This document shows positions 15,577 through 20,000 of a DNA stretch of 20,000 bases, one piece after another; position 1 is the first letter of the stretch, and each line of letters starts with the position of its first letter. The notes beneath the pieces are model-generated. The model saw only the letters and a list, made by a program, of their open reading frames with translations, was not told the origin of the DNA and made no database searches. The position numbers and the translations under genes were made by a program. The stretch lies in the IMG/VR virus record IMGVR_UViG_3300042569_000394. One strand, given 5' to 3'. Origin of the DNA: an uncultured virus (IMG/VR IMGVR_UViG_3300042569_000394). Taxonomy: Duplodnaviria > Heunggongvirae > Uroviricota > Caudoviricetes.

Positions 15577-15633
15577 CTTTGAGCCTTTTGGGTGAGCCTA
15601 GAAATAGCAAATAAACCAAAAGCAAATAATAAG
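15577..15633 (+). ncRNA. Structured leader RNA, copy 2
   Basis: GAGC-CUUUUGG-GUGAGC-CUA GAAA UAG-CAAAUAAA-CCAAAAG-CAAAUAA. Confidence 0.75.
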
Positions 15634-15656
15634 ATGACTACTAAGAAAGGATACTT

Positions 15657-15869
15657 ATGTATCACTACAACGATAGATTCTATGAATCTAATTGCGATTC
15701 TTGTAAGCAAGAATTCCGCTCTCTCACAATTCGTGAGATGAAAACCCTAGAAGAATTTCACGAGTGTGGAATCTCTACTGAATCAGTTGTTTATGCTGAT
15801 GACTACCTAGTTGAGTTTGTGCCTACCGCTGAATTCACTACTCCAATGTTCACTACTAAGCGTTTCTAA
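15657..15869 (+). CDS. 70 aa CxxC...HxC microprotein
   Basis: GAAAGGA RBS; promoter 15535 with structured leader. Confidence 0.8.
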   Translation: MYHYNDRFYESNCDSCKQEFRSLTIREMKTLEEFHECGISTESVVYADDYLVEFVPTAEFTTPMFTTKRF

Positions 15870-15882
15870 GAAAGGAAACCAA

Positions 15883-16062
15883 ATGAGAAAACCTAGAATG
15901 ACTAAAAGCGAAAAGGCTTTTGTTGAGCGTATTTCCGCTATCGTTTTTGCTACACCAGAAATTCGCAATGGTGTTCGCTACCTTGACCGCAAGGCCTTTG
16001 CTACTCTGCCAGAAGCAGACCGCAAGCAGTTTATTGACCTACTGATAGACAAGACACGTTAG
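15883..16062 (+). CDS. 59 aa basic microprotein MRKPRMTKSEK...
   Basis: GAAAGGA RBS directly after the previous stop. Confidence 0.8.
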   Translation: MRKPRMTKSEKAFVERISAIVFATPEIRNGVRYLDRKAFATLPEADRKQFIDLLIDKTR

Positions 16063-16239
16063 CGGTTAGGCGTTGCGACACGCCCGAGATTCCGACACGC
16101 CCGAGTGCGTCGGTGCATCGGCCCCACCCCTAGATTCGTTTACGACACTTTAAGAATTTTCCCCAGTTTTTCCCGAAAAGATCTGGCTCAATGTCTGACC
16201 CCCCTGCTATAATTGTGGCATCATCGAAAGGAACTCACT

Positions 16240-16413
16240 ATGTCCAACTTTCACAACACCACCTGCGAAATCTGTGGCTACGGCTTTGACATTGACGATG
16301 TCTGCCAAGTCACCTACACCGACCTTAGCACTAAGGTATTCTGCTACTCTTGTATCTCACCCGAAACCGAGAACGCTGATAATGTAGTTATGTTTGAGAA
16401 CTGGATTTGCTAG
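16240..16413 (+). CDS. 57 aa CxxC...CxxC zinc-finger microprotein
   Basis: GAAAGGA RBS; promoter 16192; paralogue of 11224-11400. Confidence 0.8.
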   Translation: MSNFHNTTCEICGYGFDIDDVCQVTYTDLSTKVFCYSCISPETENADNVVMFENWIC

Positions 16414-16459
16414 CGTCAGACCCTACTGCTATAATTCAATCAACTAAGAAAGGTATCAC

Positions 16460-16669
16460 ATGAACGAATATGAATACACTAAATGCTCGGGTTGCGGTCG
16501 CATGTTCAACATAGACAAGCCAATGGAAATGGTTGAGTTTGATGAACACGATTGCGAAACCAATGACGAGTTCTTTGAGGAAGATGGCGATTGGATGGAT
16601 GGGGATGCCCTCGCCTCTGCTGGCTGGGGAACTGACGAGGACTATGGACACTTTGGAGATGATTTCTGA
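16460..16669 (+). CDS. 69 aa very acidic microprotein (CxxC, HxC, DALASAGWGTDEDYG)
   Basis: GAAAGG RBS; promoter 16414. Confidence 0.8.
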   Translation: MNEYEYTKCSGCGRMFNIDKPMEMVEFDEHDCETNDEFFEEDGDWMDGDALASAGWGTDEDYGHFGDDF

Positions 16670-16830
16670 TGGCTGATGTTTCTTACTACCTTTGCTCTAC
16701 CTGCCACGAGCAGTTCGACCTTGATGAAGGTGGCTTCTTGTGGCAAGGCTTTGTGTTCTGTCAGGACTGCGACCCTGAAGAGTGCCCAGAGAATTGTGAA
16801 GAGTGCGAGTCTGGCAGAAGCCTACCATAG
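16669..16830 (+). CDS. 53 aa acidic 7-Cys microprotein MADVSYYLCSTC...
   Basis: TGATG coupling; GGAG RBS. Confidence 0.75.
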   Translation: MADVSYYLCSTCHEQFDLDEGGFLWQGFVFCQDCDPEECPENCEECESGRSLP

Positions 16831-16933
16831 GTGGGTGGGCCAGGCGACCGCATCGGTCCCGACCCCTAGATCTTTTTACGACACACCCCAAAAAATCCCC
16901 AGCAATGTCGGTGGGTAGATGTATAATAGCCTT

Positions 16934-17137
16934 ATGAACGAATTGGAAACAGAGTTGCTCTCTCTAAAAGCAGAATTGGAAGCCGAGAACTTTACAGGTT
17001 CTAACGAAGACGAAAACCCAGACCCACGAATGACCCGAGTTAGCGAAATTCTAACTCTCTTGGAAGTGTTCTATTGGGCAGACTACAAGCGAATTCTAAT
17101 CGCTAACTTTGATTTCCCTGCTGACTATTGGAAGTAG
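16934..17137 (+). CDS. 67 aa acidic protein, leaderless
   Basis: ATG 6 nt after the TATAAT of promoter 16906. Confidence 0.75.
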   Translation: MNELETELLSLKAELEAENFTGSNEDENPDPRMTRVSEILTLLEVFYWADYKRILIANFDFPADYWK

Positions 17138-17183
17138 TGTCTTACCCTACTGCTATAATCGAACTATCAACGAAAGGAACTCA

Positions 17184-17384
17184 ATGTTCACTACTAACTC
17201 ACTAGGCGACAATGTAATCGCCATTAGCCCATACTTTTACCAAAACCTAAGCAATGAAAGTTTCATCTGTTGCGATGAATACCAAAACTATGTTTATTGC
17301 TTCCGCTCTAATGTAAAGCAGGGTTGTGCGTTTTGCGAACTTGACGAAACCGAACCCTGCGAGTGTGCGGTGTGCGAAAAGTAA
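17184..17384 (+). CDS. 66 aa Cys-rich microprotein MFTTNSLGD...
   Basis: GAAAGGA RBS; promoter 17138. Confidence 0.8.
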   Translation: MFTTNSLGDNVIAISPYFYQNLSNESFICCDEYQNYVYCFRSNVKQGCAFCELDETEPCECAVCEK

Positions 17385-17429
17385 TGTCGTACCCCCCTGC
17401 TATAATTATCTCATCTCGAAAGGACAACT

Positions 17430-17612
17430 ATGAACAAGTATAAAAAGATTGACCTGCTACAAAAGAAATTCGAAAAGTTAGACCCTAACGCAGACCAGCG
17501 AACCATCTACGCTCGTATGTATGGCACACTATCCGCTCGTATCACCGACAAGCAGGTTGATGAAATGCTAGCAGACCACGGTATCGAAATCCCAGAGGAG
17601 AAAAATGTTTGA
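17430..17612 (+). CDS. 60 aa helical microprotein
   Basis: GAAAGGA RBS; promoter 17385. Confidence 0.8.
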   Translation: MNKYKKIDLLQKKFEKLDPNADQRTIYARMYGTLSARITDKQVDEMLADHGIEIPEEKNV

Positions 17613-17700
17613 TAATGTAATCAACGAAGAGTCTATCGCAAAACTAACTGACGAAGAAGCAGAAGCGTTGCTTGCCATTTTAGAGAAAGCAGGATACTAA
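17605..17700 (+). CDS. 31 aa microprotein MFDNVINEESIAKLTDEEAEALLAILEKAGY
   Basis: GAGGAG RBS; overlaps the previous stop. Confidence 0.7.
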   Translation: MFDNVINEESIAKLTDEEAEALLAILEKAGY

Positions 17701-17774
17701 TGTGTAATTGTGAAGACCGCCCTTGTTGCGGATGTGCGAGTGAAGAATACTCAATCTACGAGGGTGACTTTTAG
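17700..17774 (+). CDS. 24 aa microprotein MCNCEDRPCCGCASEEYSIYEGDF
   Basis: TAATG coupling, AGGA RBS; CEDxPCCGC motif. Confidence 0.65.
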   Translation: MCNCEDRPCCGCASEEYSIYEGDF

Positions 17775-17873
17775 CCCAAGCCCTTCGGGGCATCGGTGCC
17801 CCCCCCCTAGATCTTTTTACGACACACCATAAAATTTCCCCAGAATGTCTTACCCCTAATGTATAATAGGACT

Positions 17874-18044
17874 ATGAAAAAGAACAAGAAGCCACTCAAC
17901 AAGGCAAACGAAGCAAGGCGTAAGGCACACTCGGCAGAACTGTTCCGTTCGCTGATGTTGTCGCCACACCTAGTCCAAACACCTAGCGACCGCAAGGGTT
18001 CACGCCAGACTAACAAGCGTAAGGCAATTGCTGAACAGCAGTAA
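17874..18044 (+). CDS. 56 aa very basic protein, leaderless
   Basis: ATG 6 nt after the TATAAT of promoter 17846. Confidence 0.75.
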   Translation: MKKNKKPLNKANEARRKAHSAELFRSLMLSPHLVQTPSDRKGSRQTNKRKAIAEQQ

Positions 18045-18092
18045 TGTCGGTGGCACCAAGTATAATTAGACCAACAAAGAAAGGCAGACTAG

Positions 18093-18257
18093 ATGTTTGA
18101 CGAATTGGAAAAAGTAGTATTGGCAAGATACAACGAAACACAAAATCCCCCAGTTGATAAGTATGACCGTTTTTTCAAGGCATACCTAATTGGCGTTATG
18201 TCGGGTATGATTACCGAACAGGCATACAAAACAATTATTGAGATGTGGAGCAAGTAA
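18093..18257 (+). CDS. 54 aa microprotein MFDELEKVVL...
   Basis: GAAAGG RBS; promoter 18045. Confidence 0.75.
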   Translation: MFDELEKVVLARYNETQNPPVDKYDRFFKAYLIGVMSGMITEQAYKTIIEMWSK

Positions 18258-18637
18258 TGATTGATTGGACTGATGTAGAAATTGTTTTGCCACACGCTAA
18301 GGGAATTGCGTTTGACGGCTGCCACAAAATCTATGTGCTTATGGACAAAGAGCAAGTGGCAAAGATGACTACTTACGGCTATGGTGATGATGACGGAAGT
18401 TATCTGCTTACCGCCGATAAGATGAGCAAGGCAGAGATGTTAGACACTCTTGAGCGTTGGTATGACGACAGTTGCTCACTACGCTTTATCCACGGCGTTT
18501 CAACTGTGGCAGAAGGCGTAGACCCAAACGAAGGCTTTACCAGCCTAATCGAACAGGGAGCAGATTGGCAAGATGATGACGATGACTACGATGACCCAGA
18601 CCACTACGGAGATGAAGACGATGATGACGATTACTGA
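18257..18637 (+). CDS. 126 aa protein with Asp-rich tail
   Basis: TAATG coupling; IAFDGCHKIY and WYDDSCSLRFI segments. Confidence 0.8.
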   Translation: MIDWTDVEIVLPHAKGIAFDGCHKIYVLMDKEQVAKMTTYGYGDDDGSYLLTADKMSKAEMLDTLERWYDDSCSLRFIHGVSTVAEGVDPNEGFTSLIEQGADWQDDDDDYDDPDHYGDEDDDDDY

Positions 18638-18839
18638 GCAGGACTATGACGATGCCAAAGAGATTCTGTGGGACTTAATCTTCAAGATGCGAGATGCAGA
18701 TGAAAGAGAATTAGGCGAAGCACAGGAATGGGTATCAATGCAACTAATCGAAGTAACTAACTTGGCATGGATGATAGGCAAGCAGTCTGTGTCACACCCT
18801 AATGGTAAAATAGATTCAACAACAAAGGAGAGCAACTAA
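18621..18839 (+). CDS. ~72 aa hypothetical protein
   Basis: GGAG RBS at 18608; its 3' end contains promoter 18790. Confidence 0.65.
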   Translation: MMTITEQDYDDAKEILWDLIFKMRDADERELGEAQEWVSMQLIEVTNLAWMIGKQSVSHPNGKIDSTTKESN

Positions 18840-19171
18840 TGGGACTATTCAACGCAATTGGTATGACTGAAACTGAAACAACTCTTGAACAGCAAATCTC
18901 TTGGCACCTATCGGGTAATCACTATCCACCAATTCCACAGGTGATGGTGCCAGTTTGTATTCAGGCAATTGACGCACTAAAAGATGGTGACGCAGAGCGT
19001 GAGATTCCAATGCCGTTCGATGGCGTAGACAGCAATGGTGAGCCGTTTCAAGTAACTTGGCGTGGAATGAACACCGCACCTGCTTGGGCAATTGCTGAAC
19101 ACGCACACCTTGACGCTTGGCTAATGATTAGCGATGGCGATGAGTATTGGGATGAAAGTGATGACGAGTAG
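18839..19171 (+). CDS. 110 aa hypothetical protein (WHLSGNHYPP, HAHLDAW)
   Basis: AAGGAG RBS; promoter 18790. Confidence 0.85.
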   Translation: MGLFNAIGMTETETTLEQQISWHLSGNHYPPIPQVMVPVCIQAIDALKDGDAEREIPMPFDGVDSNGEPFQVTWRGMNTAPAWAIAEHAHLDAWLMISDGDEYWDESDDE

Positions 19172-19300
19172 TCGCTAGCCTTCGGGTCCCTTCGGGGACC
19201 GATGCGGAGATCTTTCCTATTTACGATAGACATAAAAAATCCCCCAAATGTCAGACGGTAGATGTAAAATAGGACTATCAATCAAAGAGAGGCAACCCCT

Positions 19301-19822
19301 ATGAACGAATACATTGAAACTTATTCTGCAATCGCAAGCCGTGCAACATACGGTCAAATTGAGCAAGCGTCTAAGTGGTATCTTGACGCTGAGAGAGTAG
19401 CAGACCAAGTTGCAACTAACTTAGGCGTTACCCTTGAAAAGGGTGCAAGTGTTGTATCTGCATTCTCACCTCGTGAGCGTTGGTCATTGAATGTTGCAAA
19501 AGCAATCGCATTCTCACTAGGCGAAACCGTAACTGCATTGGGCAACAACATCCGTATGGCGAACGCTTCACTTGAATTAGGCTTCAAGGCATTGAATGGT
19601 GCAAAGACTAATGCATTCGCAAAAGCAATCGCTGGTGATGAGAATGCAGTCGTGATAGATGTATGGATGTTGAGAGCAGTTGGAATCGAAAAGAAGTCAC
19701 CAACGCAATCGCAATACAAAAAATTAGCAGACGCTGTTACCGCTACCGCAACTATGTATGGAATGACACCTCGCTCAATGCAAGCACTCATCTGGGTTAT
19801 TGTGCGTGGCAATCACTCTTGA
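19301..19822 (+). CDS. 173 aa phage protein, possibly DNA-glycosylase-like fold
   Basis: WY, SAFSP..RW..N, G.KT.AF, VVIDVWMLR and QA.IWV..R motifs; GAGG RBS; promoter 19249. Confidence 0.6.
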   Translation: MNEYIETYSAIASRATYGQIEQASKWYLDAERVADQVATNLGVTLEKGASVVSAFSPRERWSLNVAKAIAFSLGETVTALGNNIRMANASLELGFKALNGAKTNAFAKAIAGDENAVVIDVWMLRAVGIEKKSPTQSQYKKLADAVTATATMYGMTPRSMQALIWVIVRGNHS

Positions 19823-19852
19823 TTAGTTGGCGAGAGTGTGGGATAATAGAGT

Positions 19853-19915
19853 ATGGAAAATCTTATAGGAATTATTTTAATAATCGTAATAGTATATTTT
19901 ATTTTACAGCAATAA
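19853..19915 (+). CDS. 20 aa hydrophobic peptide MENLIGIILIIVIVYFILQQ, leaderless
   Basis: TTGATT-N17-GATAAT (19819-19847), then ATG 5 nt later. Confidence 0.5.
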   Translation: MENLIGIILIIVIVYFILQQ

Positions 19916-19923
19916 CAAACTGG

Positions 19924-19939
19924 CTGGCCTTCGGGCCAG
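19924..19939 (+). terminator. cUUCGg hairpin closing a module
   Basis: CTGGCC TTCG GGCCAG; similar UUCG hairpins near 17780 and 19178-19198; no U tract. Confidence 0.55.
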
Positions 19940-20000
19940 GCAGGCATCGGTGCCCCCCCCCTAAACTAGTTTACGAAGATCGATCTTTTTCCCCCAAATT

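Larger units (their letters stand above)
11200..19270. promoter_or_regulatory. Array of 27 TGTC-N12-TANNNT (PafBC/RecA-NDp-like) promoters
   Basis: TGTC starts, minus strand: 11221, 11514, 11655. Plus strand: 11779, 11958, 12164, 12388, 12785, 12999, 13239, 13747, 13906, 14060, 14375, 14622, 14842, 15332, 15535, 16192, 16414 (CGTC), 16906, 17138, 17385, 17846, 18045, 18790, 19249. Confidence 0.9.
11713..19953. repeat. Dispersed module-boundary motif GCATCGGT(G/C)C, ten loci, both orientations
   Basis: 11713, 12673, 13682 (rc), 14266 (rc, variant), 15260, 16107/16115 (variants), 16850, 17790, 19196 (rc), 19944; all intergenic. Confidence 0.85.

Noticed and set aside
17874..18044. ArfA-like ribosome rescue factor
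   Set aside because: Only LFR and KGS fragments in a generally basic peptide; spacing does not match well enough to call
11046..19812. Extended starts (11282, 11939, 12871, 15811, 16213, 16919, 17109, 17859, 18245, 18573), ORF 16676-16918 and the minus-strand ORFs from 12646 onward
   Set aside because: Promoter plus RBS, leaderless spacing or stop-start coupling define shorter plus-strand genes; the extensions cross promoters or upstream genes

Overview
This is a 20 kb fragment of a tailed phage, most likely a lytic phage of Actinobacteria. The host is inferred from the PASTA and NlpC/P60 genes, the leaderless promoters and the PafBC-, WhiA- and GlnR/MtrA-like motifs. Bases 1-9.3 kb form a minus-strand virion/tail module whose genes mostly have their own extended -10 promoter (TGnTATAAT), often leaderless. 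It also carries a counter-oriented NlpC/P60 gene, a PASTA-domain protein and a small hairpin RNA. Bases 9.3-11 kb hold a DHH-like gene, a Cys-rich gene and a non-coding repeat zone that may be the genome end. Bases 11-20 kb are a highly organised array of about 36 microprotein genes (many missing from the supplied ORF track) and two tRNA-like RNAs. I count 27 promoters with the invariant architecture TGTC-N12-TANNNT, the spacing of the actinobacterial PafBC (RecA-independent DNA-damage) promoter. The array is divided into ~1 kb modules by spacers that each contain GCATCGGT(G/C)C (two degenerate) and a GATC, a site otherwise almost absent from this region; most also contain CGACAC boxes. Other highlights are a twice-present covarying leader RNA and two membrane microproteins ending in an SSB-like PPF tail. 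All coordinates, counts and translations were made by eye; no database searches were run.
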